Part shown: in pieces, positions 1 to 12,159 of the stretch
How positions within the stretch are numbered: position 1 is the first letter of the stretch
How the letters are laid out: every line of letters starts with the position of its first letter
Assembly (NCBI GenBank): GCA_964016885.1
Contig: OZ024740.1
Span: forward strand, 369,272,001 to 369,336,000
Direction of reading: 5' to 3'
Length of the DNA: 64,000 nucleotides
DNA from: Eledone cirrhosa
Lineage: Eukaryota
Notes under the pieces: model-generated
Told to the model about the DNA's origin: nothing
Database searches by the model: none
The model's input: the letters and a program-made list of their open reading frames with translations, nothing else
Translations under genes and position numbers: made by a program

Positions 1-2076
1 TATTTAACACTGAAAACAAATACGTTAGGGTTTTTATTCAATGCTGGAACGGTGTATTACAAATCCATATGGATGCAAATAAATAAACGCTGAATATTTG
101 TAGGTGTGTGTATATATATATATGTATGAATATTGATGTGTATGTGAGCAATATAAACAAATTGCTTTTCTATACAATTACAGACATGCCAACCACTAAA
201 ACCCAACGGGGATTGCCATGAAAACAGTACACCAAAACGGAGAGCAATGTGGCAAAATGTGGAGATTTCACATAATGAAAGATATACCCATTTCACAAGA
301 GAATGCATCGTTCATCCACTCTAAATTGTGTGGGAGATCTCCCCATCTGACGAGGAGAGTTGACATGTCTGCTGTTATGTTTTATAGCGATGACTTTGAA
401 ATTAATATTCCCAAGGTTCTGCTTATATGGATGATATCCAATTAGTAGCGACCACAGGGACAAAATTAGAAACATTTATACGTAGCTTGCATGGTGTATT
501 CAGCGCAATACTATTTCCATATCATAGCCAGGAAATATTTCATTAGATAGACAATACATGAGTAAATCTACGATCTCCGCTGTGTTACTGTAGTAACATC
601 TATATTTTGGTGTCGTGAGCACTTAAAAATGATAAAACAGAAGTATAAATAATTAGAAAGATAAAACACAAATCTATAGGGACAAATACTGTTCGAACAT
701 GTGGACCCGAACTTAAGCAGCCTTCGGGCAAATTCGTATTAGCTGTTCGGCCAGATATATTCGCCTTTGATTGATGACAAATAATTTTGATGAAGACTTC
801 TCTGCTATTATCTGTCTAGCTGTAGCTAATTAAATGAAGAAGCGTAATAAATCTATAAAAAAAAATGATTTACACAATACTTCTAGTTGTTTCTTCAAAC
901 GCCATAAATGCCATCGAGACAAAGCTGAAATAAATTCTGGACGAATCTTAGCACAAATTTATGCCAAACAACTGCTGCTAATGCTGATTAATCCTAGAGA
1001 CTCATTACGTGATTGAAATTTTCTTCGTCGAAACTATATGTCTGTTATCTCGCATGAATGGAAACATTTCATACCAATTTCATCAGATTGTAGCGTACGT
1101 GTGATTTAAATGCGCATATACACAACCATAGATTTACACATATATACACTCAATTGATAAGTGCATCATCTTAATTATTTGCGTTTTGTGAGTTACCGAT
1201 ATGTACCAGCTTTTAGTTTTCCACTTTCGTACATGCAAAAAACTTAACATTGTATTCACCCGGCATCAGCCATATATTTGTTATTCAAACATACAGATGC
1301 CTTAAAATTCCTTTATTTAAAAAAGTGCAATAAATTGTTTTACATCAATTTTTGTACATTTATATTTTAAAATCTTCAAATACAGGACGGGGAATGTATA
1401 TATAAAAGAAATCTAATGCTTTTAATCAAATGCCTTGCCTCAGCGTAGATTCAATCTTACTGATTCTTTTTTATTGTATTGTTATAAAAATAAAAGGAAG
1501 CAAGTGGCAGGTTGTGTAGAAGGATTTCCTAATGCTCTCTTGATCATTGACTCTAACGCATCTCATGTTGTGGAATTGAATCTCGCTGAATTTGAACTTA
1601 TCTTTATTATTGAAAAAAAAGATTGTTTTCACTAAATATATATTCATCCCTGTGTATCTGGGTTATTTTTTTTTTTCAAATATACTAAAAGCCAGTTAAA
1701 ACAGGGCCATAATCGAAAATATATTTCTAAATGTTCCGTATATATGTATGCCTCTTCATCTTTCTCACAATGCATTTTTCTTTGCCTACTCGTCATCACA
1801 TTATTACACCGTCCTAAAAACAAACTTTCTTTATATGTAGCCCTCAAATTCTATATTATGTGCACATAATTTAATTCTAAGTCATCAACAGAATTAAATA
1901 AGGTATTGTACTATTCATATGGAGGATGTATTTCTACCACGGCTGATTATATATCGGATTACTTAAAACACTCTCGACAAAATACTATTTCTAACATAAA
2001 TGTGGAAGAGAACATTTAGAAAATTGACAGTAAATATATAGCTGCATTTCAACCTGGGCAACAATGATTAAACTGA

Positions 2077-2200
2077 TACATACATATATACATAGTACAT
2101 ACATACATGCATGCATACATACATACATACATACATACATACATACATACATACATACATACATACATACATACATACATACATACATACATACATACAT
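2077..2200. repeat. (CATA)n microsatellite
   Basis: Long catacata run directly visible; abuts the 5' end of a family-A fragment. Confidence 0.95.
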
Positions 2201-2741
2201 AGAAGCATGTACAGTAGTGGAAATTAACTGCACAGCAGATGCCAATATGATATCAAAGATTAGCGAAAAGGAGAATATTTATGCAGAACTGATGAGAAAT
2301 CTACAGATACTCCACCCTGATTATACCTTCAGAATTATGCCTGTGATTATTGGGGCACTGGGGTATGTTAGTAACTGCCTCAATACAAATCATGAGAAGC
2401 TAGGCCTCACGGAAACAGAAAGAACACAACTAGTTAGGAAATTACAAGTACAATCCATTAATGGAACAGTAAAAATATGTAAAACATTCCAAAAATGTTG
2501 CATCTAATAACTGCATATACACATGTACAGATACAAAGCACATACCCATGCACACATACAACTTAAAACATACACATTCACACATACAATAACATCCATA
2601 TCTACACATGCATGCATACATAATCTACCTAGTTGATGTTGTATAAATTCCAATGAGAGAGTATTGTGTCTATGTTAGAAGCCGACTCTCTCTCTATTGG
2701 TAAACATTTGTGAAATTATAAAACCAGAACATACATACATA
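2201..2741 (+). mobile_element. 5'-truncated copy of R4/Dong-like family A (RLE C-terminus + 3' UTR)
   Basis: Co-linear with 6308-6857 (VEINCTADANMISKISEKENIYAELMRNLQILHPDYTFRIMPVIIGALG); ends in catacatacata. Confidence 0.9.
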
Positions 2742-2742
2742 G

Positions 2743-5700
2743 ACAGTCAACGCGATCGGTCGCATATTTTGGCGTGGAAGACTATTTATTAAATTTAAGA
2801 TGAATACTATCTCCGACAGTAATTCCACAACTACAGTCATGTTGAATAATTGGTTATTCTTCTAACTATCCCTTCTGAAGTCAGCTATTATTCGAATTCG
2901 TAGAGATATCCGACAAAATACAAAATTCATTTTACAAGGATTTGCTACAAACAGCATAACTGAACGCAACATCAACAAAAAAATTAAGGAAGTACCGAAG
3001 ACAAATAAGAACGAAGGTAATCAAACTTTATTCAGTTGTAGCTACAGAAAAAACCGAAATTATAAATCGTATTTCTCTTGGAGTTGTGAACTTAATAATG
3101 ATTTATTTAATTGTTATGTAATGGCAAAAAACAATCCCTCCATTGGCTATATGAATAGAATGAAGCTACACTGGGACGAAATGCACCCATAGCTAAATTA
3201 TTTCACAGCGAAACAATTACGCCAACAAACGACGTTTGTTGAACGTAAAAAATAAGATAAATATGATTAATTGTAAGTGCCCCACAACAAACATGTTATC
3301 AACAACACGTGCTACAGGTCGCAATGCTGCTAGACTTCCTAGCAATCAGGTCGAACAGCGTCTTGAAACAACTATGCCTGTAAGAAACTTTACACCACCT
3401 GTAGCATCTAAGTCTCCCTCGAATGCTGGGGAAAACACTATCGATAATAATAATAATCTAAAAATTTGACACCACGTGTACCATCCATCTACCTCGACTA
3501 TTGTGGAAAATACTATCGATAATGATAATCAAAAGTATAAAGAATTGAAAATGTCCCGCAACGAAATCTTCCAGAGAGAAATTAACTCATGTATAAATAT
3601 CTCTCTTGCTGAATGTTTTAAATCGACAATGTTGAATAAAAAACAAATAATGAAATATTACGTGTTATTGGCGAAATAGGGGATGAATATTTACGACGGA
3701 TAAAAACCCCAACATTTTGGCAAATCAACGCCTGTTTATATGCCTTAGCAAAGACAGTGAAGCATTATCTTGGTGATAGCAGAGATAACAAGAACAAAAC
3801 ACCACCAAAAATACCATCATATATAACTAAAATAGAAAAAAAGATTGCTGACCTACGAACACACATAGGATATGTGACAACGCTCCATACATGCAAACAA
3901 ATACAAAAAACCTCACTCCTCACCAACAAAGAGTGAAAAACAAAATAGAGACGATGTTTGGTAACAGTAGAACCAGAACTCTCCAATATAAGCTGATCAT
4001 CCTCAAACAAGAATTGAGAGCTGTTAGCGAAAAACGCCGATACCTGAAGAAGGTAGATGAGAGAACATTGTTTAATAAAGGATTCAGACGAAACCAAACA
4101 TCAGTCTATAGAGATATGAAGGGCAAAATAATAAGTGTCATTGAGGCCCCATCCCAGAAAGACATACGTTCCTTTTGGAGCAAAATATGGGGTGAAAAGA
4201 AGAATTTCAACCAAGATGCAGTGTGGCTAAGAGAAATCCGAAAGAACTATTGCTCCTAAACTACAACAAAAACATACGAAATAAGTGAGGGTACCCTTGT
4301 TTCTGTGATAGGAAAACTCCAAGATAAGAAAACAACAGGAAGAGACATGATTGTCGGCTACTGGTACAAAAAAGCTGATATTCTGTCGGAAGTATCTTAC
4401 TGACCTCTACCAACAAGTTCTTAAGGGAGATACACTTATACCAGAATGGTTGACATTAGCACAAACATTACTGGTCTCCAAGAACACAGACACCCACTTG
4501 GCAAAAAAAACGACCCATTGTATGCCAGAACCTAATGTATAAGATGTATACAGCCTGCCTGAACCTATTCCTCCAAAATCACTGTGAAAATAATATCATC
4601 ACAGATGAATAAGCAGCTGGAAAGAAAGGGGTTTGGGGATGTGCTGAACAACTCCTAATCAACAAAACTGCGATGTCGGAGGTGCGACAACTTAGGAGGA
4701 ATATGACTAAAGTCTGGCTGGACTACAGGAAAGCTTTCGATTATATTCCCCACTCTTGGATGATAGAAGCCCTCCAACTTGCTAAATTTCCAGACATTAT
4801 TGTCAGAGTCATAGAGAGGCTGTCTTGTTCTTGTGCTACTATCCTAAGGTTAAAGACAGAGAGGGAGGACTCTATTTTCACTGATAAAATAAAATAAAAT
4901 ATTGCAAGGGTATATTTCAGGGGGACAGTCTCTCTGTGATAGTATTTATCTTGTCATTAAACCCCTTGTCCTTTCTGCTCAGGAAATGTGAGGGGTACAT
5001 CATTGGCTTACAGGAGATCAAAAATACGAACATAACCCATAGCTTCTTTGAGGAGGATCTGAAACTCTATGCCAAGAATATGGATGGGATGAAGAAAAAT
5101 CTTGACCTGGTTACAACGTTCTCAATGGATATAGGAATAGAGTTTGGCCAAGATAAATGCTCATACATGACTGAAAAGCGGGGAAAAACAACAACCCAAT
5201 CTAGCAACATTGTCATCAATTACCTAACTGTTTCACCGATATCTGACGAGGACTGCTACAGATACCTGGGGATAGATGAGAACATATCCTATAATGGTAT
5301 CTGAAATAAAGAACGCGTAACCAGGGAATACTACACCTGATTAGGAAAGATCTGTTCATCGGAACTCTCTGCGCAAAACAGAACAGTGGCTCACAATGTG
5401 TTTGCTTTGCCTGTCCTAACACCAACGTTTAGAATACTCAATTGGACGATAGACGAAATCCGAGCAGTTGATGTTGGAACTAGAAAAATACTAAACAACA
5501 CCGGAAACTTCCACATCAACATTGACATAGACCGCCTTTACTTGAAACGTAAGCAGGGAGACAGAGGCCTAACATCAGTCCAGACAACATTTGAATGTCG
5601 CATCATATCTCTCAGACAACATCTACGAACCTCGAAGCGTAGGATACCGTTTCTCGAGCAAGTATATCTGCATGAAACAGATAAGATCGTGAGAGTTGGG

Positions 5701-6857
5701 AGGGAACTCCTCGAGGGATATTCCCTGTGTGATAATCAAAAACTCATACCCCGGGATGTCACTCAGCAGTATCGCAGTGAATCCATGAATGAAAAACTGC
5801 ATGCTTATCAGCAACAATCATGCATCGAAATGTTGCCAGGAAGCTCCAGAGTGAGACTAATATAGATAAGGAAAGTAGTCTATCTTGGACCAAAAACCCC
5901 TATATTGGCTCCCACTTTGAAGGATACGCTTATGCAATCCCAGAACAGGAGATTAACACGAAATACCTGATTCACAAAAGAGATAGGGATGCAGGCAAAA
6001 CACCTATATGTGATAGCAAGTGCAGACTCTGCAGAACTACCATCGATGATATCACCCATGTCATCAGCAGCTGTCCAAAGATGTCATCGCGGTACTATCT
6101 ACTTATGAGGCATGACGTAGTGGCCAACACACCTTACAATGCAGTTCGTAAAAAAGATAGCCCCGATTTTAAACACATTAAAAGCTATAGCAATATGGAA
6201 GACATCCATGTACATAATATGAAAGAGTACTGGTGGAATGTTCCAGTAAAAACCCCAATAAAATGCAGGCACAACAGACCAGATATTATGATATATGACA
6301 GGGAGAAGAAAGCATTCACAGCAGTGGAAATTAGCTGCCCATCAGATGCTACTATAATATCAAAGATTAGGGAAAAGGAGAATATTTATGCAGAACTGAT
6401 GAGAAATTTGCAGATACTCCATCCTGATTATACCTTCAGATTTATGCCTGTGATTATTGGGGCACTGGGATATGTTAGTAACTGCCTCAATACAAATCTT
6501 GAGAAGCTAGGCTTCACAGGAACAGAAAGATCACAACTAGTTAGGAAATTGCAAGTACAATCCATTAATGGAACAGTAAAATTATGTAAAACATTCCAAA
6601 AATATTGCATCCATTAACTGCATATACACATGTACAGATGCAAAGCATATACACATGCACACATCCAACTCAAAACATTCACATCCACACATACAATAAC
6701 ATCCATATCTACACATGCATGCATACATACCTATCTAACTAGTTGATGTTGTGTAAATTCCAAGGAGAGAGTCTTGTGTCTATGTTAGGAACCGACTCTC
6801 TCTCTCTTGATAAAACTTTGTGAAATAATAAAACCTGAAGAACATACATACATACAT
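2743..6857 (+). mobile_element. Near full-length RLE-type non-LTR retrotransposon (R4/Dong-like), family A
   Basis: N-terminal CY..A..NPSIGYMNRMKLHWDEMHP..TAKQLRQQ motif; RT motifs WLDYRKAFDYIPHSW, GIFQGDSLS, DLKLYAK, YRYLG; CCHC CRLCRTTIDDITHVISSC; RHDVV and HNRPDIMIYD..VEISCP endonuclease; CATA repeats at both ends. Confidence 0.9.
2800..6617 (+). pseudogene. Disrupted single ORF (RT + zinc knuckle + restriction-like endonuclease) of family A
   Basis: Consecutive ORF-track pieces 3891-4259, 4673-4897, 4936-5304, 5386-5865, 5820-6617 separated by stops and frameshifts; candidate ATG at 2800. Confidence 0.85.
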
Positions 6858-6983
6858 ATAAGGTCGTTGTACGATTTGATCATACAGATCACTAATGACA
6901 TGGAAACAGAATCTATTACATATCCCTATGTTTCGGTCATCTCCAGGTATGCTGCACGTCACAATAAGCTAATACACTTCACT

Positions 6984-7075
6984 TTCTTCTTCTTCTTCTT
7001 CTTCTTCTTCTTCTTCTTCTTCTTCTTCTTCTTCTTCTTCTTGTCATTATTATTATTATTATTATTTATTATTAT
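6984..7075. repeat. (CTT)n followed by (TAT)n compound microsatellite
   Basis: Directly visible; immediately precedes the Tx1 copy. Confidence 0.95.
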
Positions 7076-10000
7076 ATCAGGAAAAAAGAAAAAAAAGAAA
7101 CCGAAAAGGAAAACATTCTCTTCCTTCCCCCTCCAAAAACAAAATACAGTGGGAAACAAATAAACTATCAAACAACATTTAGGACAGATATGCCACCATC
7201 CACACCAGCATCACCAACCCCATCACCCCAGACACCAACACCACCATCACCTACACCACAAAAGTCACCAAAAAGCGAAACAGAAACAAACCCACAAGAA
7301 ACGCAAACAAAACAAAATAACCAAAACCATACACACTACACAGCATTAAATTTGAACAGCAAGCAATTATTAAACTACATCGAACGCAGCACCAGCATCA
7401 CAGAAAAAGACTACAGAACAACTCAAAAGTTCACACCACCTCCACACATACAAATCACTCGCATCACACAGAAAACGTACATGACACAAAAACAAAAAAA
7501 TCCCCAAAGACATCGGAGACTTCCGAGAAGCACACTCCAGGAGGATTTATAAGGACATCCTTCCTGAGGAGGCCACAAGCAGTGAAAAGGATGGAGAAAC
7601 CGTCCTTCCTCTACGAGAAGTAAGGTAAGTGGTCTTTCCCATCTGTTCCACTCCATTTCAACATGACCTCACTCAAAATAGGCAGCACAAATGCGTGTGG
7701 CTTGGGGTCGTCATGGAAGCAGGGCCACCTGCTCAACGACCTCAGATCACTAAACATAGATGTAGTGGCCATCAGCGAGACCAGAATCTCCGAAGCCCGG
7801 GCCTTAGCACCGATCGCCGGCGGCTACAATGGGTACGCATCGCCCAGCCGTCCGGGATCGGGGGGGGGGGTATGTTGCTGTGCTTTTTCGGAGAGGTTTG
7901 GATCTCGCCATACGGGCCATCTTCCTGGACCCAGAAGGTAAGTTAGTGGTGCTGGACGTGACCAGCTGAGACGGGCAATCTTTCAGGCGAGAGGCCGTCT
8001 ATGCCCCGACAGGAGCAGGGCGGCCTGATTTCTTCCGGCGTCTGGAGATCTTTCTTGGAACGTCCCGCTCTTTAGTGTTAGTGGGCGACTGGAACGGGAT
8101 CTTAGATGCACGCTGTGACTGTGTGGGGTTAGTGGATAGGGGGAGAGGGTGCAAGAGTCTCACCAACTTGCTCAGGCGTTTTGAACTGTCTAACATTTAC
8201 GGATTGGATTTCCAGAATGTACCAATGTGGACTTGGACAAATCGCATAGGGTCATCCAGATCATATCTAGATAGAGTATTTTGTAGGGAAATAGATAGGT
8301 CTAGCATAGGCTGACCACAATTCAAGATAGTCAACTACACGGACCACACATTCGTGATCTGTGTGTTTGACTTAGATAGACTTCATAGACGATGACCCGG
8401 CTACTGGAAGCTAAACGCGTCCTTACCAGCGTGCAAGGCCTACAAAGACCGGATTAGCTAACTAGTTAAGCGGGCTTGACGGGGGCCATCGTCAACAACA
8501 AGTGGTGGTTTGCTCTGAAAAGAGCAATTAGAATAGAGTCCATCAGGTTTAGTAAGGCTTTAGCAATAGAGAAAAATAGAGCAGAGGGAGAATTAGTTAG
8601 GAAATTAGACGAGGCGCTTAGCAAAGGCATCGCGGCCGACGTTCGTGCGGCAAAATTAGCCTTTGACCAATTCTTCAATGCAAAGCACGAAGGCTGCGTT
8701 GTTAGAGCTAGGGCGTGTGATCTCAGACACGAGGGGACGAAAGCCGTTCAATGGGCCCGAGTGGCGGAGGCGCGTCGTGGCAACAAAGCCACGATCTGGT
8801 CTTTGGTGAACCACAACGGGCACATGCTAATCGATCCCGGGCCAATGTGTGAAGCTTTTCAGCGGATACCTCACTCAACGTGTTCGGGGGAAGCGGCGGG
8901 CCGGATCGAGGGATGCACTTTAGTGTCTACCTCGACGGACTGCCGCGGCTCTCGGCCACTGAGGCGGAGTGTTGCAAAAAGTCGATAACAGACGCTGAAG
9001 TACGGGAGGCAATGACTGGCTGCACACGGGGTAAATCGCCTGGTTTGGATGGTCTGCCCTATGAACTTTACGTACAAATGCCAGATTGTGCGGAGGCCTC
9101 TTGGCGGACGTCTACTCCAACTGGCAACAGAAGGGGAGAATTCCCAGCTTTGTGAGCCGAGGAGCGGTGGCGCTGCTGAGAAAGGATCCGAACAAGGGGG
9201 ATAACATAGATCATTTTAGGCCCATAACTCTGCTAAACACAGAGTTCAAGATGTTGGCCAAGGTGCTAGCAATGAGGTTGACTCTTGTCGTTGGTGGTCT
9301 GGCGAGTGAGGCGCAGACATGCGCCATTCCCGACAGATCCATCCACGACAACCTCCAGCTCATGCGATACATCGTAGAGAGGGTAGCTAGGGAACCTGGC
9401 ACGGGTGGGTCCTTGATCAATTTAGATCAGTCGAAAGATTTCGATAGGATCGACCATCGTTACCTAGCGGCAGTCCTGAGGGCGGCTGGCTTTGGACCCG
9501 TCTTCAGAGGCTGGATCGCTGCTATACACAGCGACATCTGCTCTGTGGTGAGAGTGAACGGTGACCTTTCGGAACCGTTCAACATCAAGCGCTCGGTCCG
9601 CCAAGGATGTCCCCTCTCGTCCCTCTTGTACGTATTGACTCTCGAGCCATTACTGCACAAACTGGAGACGTTGAGGGGGTCCCGCGCGAACTAGGATGCG
9701 GAAGATCCGTGTCAGCATATGCGGACGATGTCACCGTAGTTGTGTCGAACACCAAACACATCGAGGCGATCGGTACTACCCTAAGAGAATACGAACCGGT
9801 GACAGGAGCAATGATCAACCAGGAAAAGTCAGTGGGCCTGCAGCTCGGCGCCTGGAGAGGCAGGTCCATGCTATCCAACAGCGTCGTCGGACGCTAGACG
9901 GACGGACCGGTTAAATTGCTAGGGATCTGTTTCGGTGCGGACCTCCAGACGGACAAAAACTGGAACGAGGTGGCTACGACATTTCCACCTCTTCCTCGAC

Positions 10001-11050
10001 GGTGATCAGGTGTTGTCGCCGTTTGCTAGACACGTCTTTCCCCAGCTCGTCTCCTTGACGGAGCTGCAGTCCTGGGTCAAGCGAAGACCGAGAGGGAGCG
10101 CTTGGAGACTGGAATGTATTCAGGCGCTCACAGCCCTCGACCAATCGGGCAATGTGATCGGTGGAAACTCCACCTTGGCGTTCTATAGGGTATTTGTGGA
10201 GGGGAAGAGCGAACGTACTTGGAGAAACTCTAGGCGTCGACGAAAATCAACTAGCCAATCTCTTCGGAAGGACTTTCGGGCCGGGGCCTATGGACAACTT
10301 CCAGAAATCCCTGGTCTGTCAGTGCTACCGAGGAGCTTTGCCAGTTCGGGATAAACTCTACAGACATGGAGGTGCCGTCAGCCAGGCATGTCCGAGATGC
10401 CGGCATTGCTGATGTCCGAGCATTGCTGACTTGTGGGTTTATGTCGAACACCTGCTGTCACGTGTAGGACGGAACCAGCTATCAGCTGAGTCCATCTTGA
10501 GGATTGGCCCGCCCTCCTCCTTTAGCCGGGAAGGCAGGCAGTTTTTATCTGTCTGGTGGCCATGGCGAAAGAGATAGTATGCTGCACACGTTTGAAAGGG
10601 CTGAAGACGAGCACTTACCTCTTCGGTGATGCCCTGATTAACTTTTTCAAATTTCATTTGAAAAGGAAAATCAGGGTAGAGGGGGGGGGGAAGTGCTCTC
10701 TTCCCAGCATTTTGTTGAAAGATGGGTGAGAGAAGCAAGTATGGCCCGAGTGAATGTGCCTACTCTGAGTATGTGTCTTTAAATTAAGGCTGGAAAACTG
10801 GAAGAGGGCACTTGCCCTGGTTGTCGGGGTAACTGTGGCCTTTTAATGGGCTTTCTCCACAAATGTCCCTCGGAAGTCTCCCCCCTATTGTGGAATTGTT
10901 TCATTGTTCTATTATTACATCCTCTGTTTCTTGTTTTTTACACGCAGAAATGCCCATTTGTACCGTCCTGTATTGTCCTGTACTGTCCTTAATGTCTACT
11001 TTATGTAAACCCTTGTGGTTAATAAAGAAATCATTATTATTATTATTATA
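7076..11050 (+). mobile_element. Tx1/L1-clade non-LTR retrotransposon, 5'-truncated within ORF1
   Basis: APE start MTSLKIGSTNACGL..DVVAISETRI, GDWNG, SYLDR; RT GKSPGLDGLPYE, FRPITLLNTEFK, LDQSKDFDR, RQGCPLS, AYADD; C-terminal zinc motif CPRC; aataaa plus (TTA)n tail. Confidence 0.92.
7663..10782 (+). pseudogene. Tx1 ORF2 (APE-RT-zinc motif), frameshifted, internal deletion near 9972
   Basis: ORF-track fragments in the correct domain order; jump from WNEVA to LRHFHLFLDGD relative to the copy at 57956-58681. Confidence 0.88.
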
Positions 11051-11220
11051 AAGTTAACCTCGGCGGGATTTGAACTCCCTGTATGATCTGAGTTCAAATC
11101 CCGCCGAGGTTAACTTTGCCTTTCATCCTTCCGGGGTCGATAGAATAAAGTACCAGTAATACTTTGGCTAATTGCTGGCCTTGTGCCAAACGTAGAAACA
11201 ATTATTATTATTATTATTAT
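11050..11220 (+). mobile_element. 5'-truncated SINE with 28-bp fold-back at its 5' end
   Basis: gagttcaaatcc B-box-like motif, central tttgcctttcatccttccggggtcgat..aagtaccag block, (TTA)n tail; homologous copy at 48465-48605. Confidence 0.8.
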
Positions 11221-11707
11221 AAAGAGATAGTATGGTGGACACGTTTGAAAGGGCTGAAGACGAGCACTTACCTCTTCGGTGATGCCCTGATTGACTTTTT
11301 CAAATTTCATTTGAAAAGGAAAATCAGAGTAGAGAGCGAAGTGCTCTCTTCCCAGCATTTTGTTGAAAGATGGGTGAGAGAAGCAAGAATGGCCCCAGTG
11401 AATGGGCCTACTCTGAGTATGTATCTGTAAATTAAAGGTGGAAAACTGGGAGAGGGACCTTGCCTTGGTGGTCAGGGTCACTGTGGCTTTTTACTGAGCT
11501 TTCTCCACAAATGTCCCTCCGAAGTCCCCCCCCCCCCTATTGGGGAATTTTTCATTGTTATTTTTTGATACATCCTCTGTTTTTGTTTTTTACACGCAGA
11601 AATGCCCATTTGTACCGTTCTGTATTGTCCTGCACTGTCCTTAATGTCTACTTTATGTAAACCCTTGTGGTTAATAAAGAAATCATTATTATTATTATTA
11701 TTATTAT
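11221..11707 (+). mobile_element. 3' fragment of the same Tx1 family
   Basis: Co-linear with about 10568-11050 (KEIVWWTRLKGLKTSTYLFGDAL...); (TTA)n on both sides. Confidence 0.92.
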
Positions 11708-12098
11708 TTTTGAGTCTCAGTCATTGATGTTAGTTAAGTGGAAAGTTTGTTGAAATGAATATCAAGCCACTACCTGCAGCCTCAGATATTCAGGACGTAT
11801 CGGAGGGTTCTTGCTGTTCCCAGCAAGCATGGTTTTTGAAGCGTTCCAAAAAGCGTGGCGGGACCAATTTTCTTTAACCACCATCACTGGAAACTTTTAG
11901 AGATAGTACCTAGTGCGCCTATGACAATCGGGACTACTTTGACTTAATGGCAGTTCCAAATCCTTTTTACCTCCTACTTTAAGTCCTGGTATCGGTTAAT
12001 TTTCTCCCTCTCCTTCTATTGCACTCTCGTGTCGAATGGGCAGGCCACATCCACAATAAAGCACGATCTTATTTCTTTGTCCAAAACCACCAGGTAAG
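11708..12098 (-). mobile_element. 3' fragment of R4/Dong-like family B
   Basis: Co-linear with about 14295-14680 (tttgagt.tcagtcattgatgttagtt...); bounded by (TAA)n. Confidence 0.88.

Positions 12099-12158
<60 letters not shown>
12099..12158. repeat. (TAT)n microsatellite, tail/target of family C
   Basis: Directly visible. Confidence 0.95.

Positions 12159-12159
<1 letters not shown>

Noticed and set aside
341-412. CTGACGA...GAAA-TTAA-TA hammerhead-like spacing
   Set aside because: No stem I pairing (ccccat vs ttccca) and no convincing stem II.
184-445. Possible exon after ..tacag, or a transposase-like FYSDDFEINIP motif
   Set aside because: Short, no recognisable domain, and no supporting neighbouring exons.
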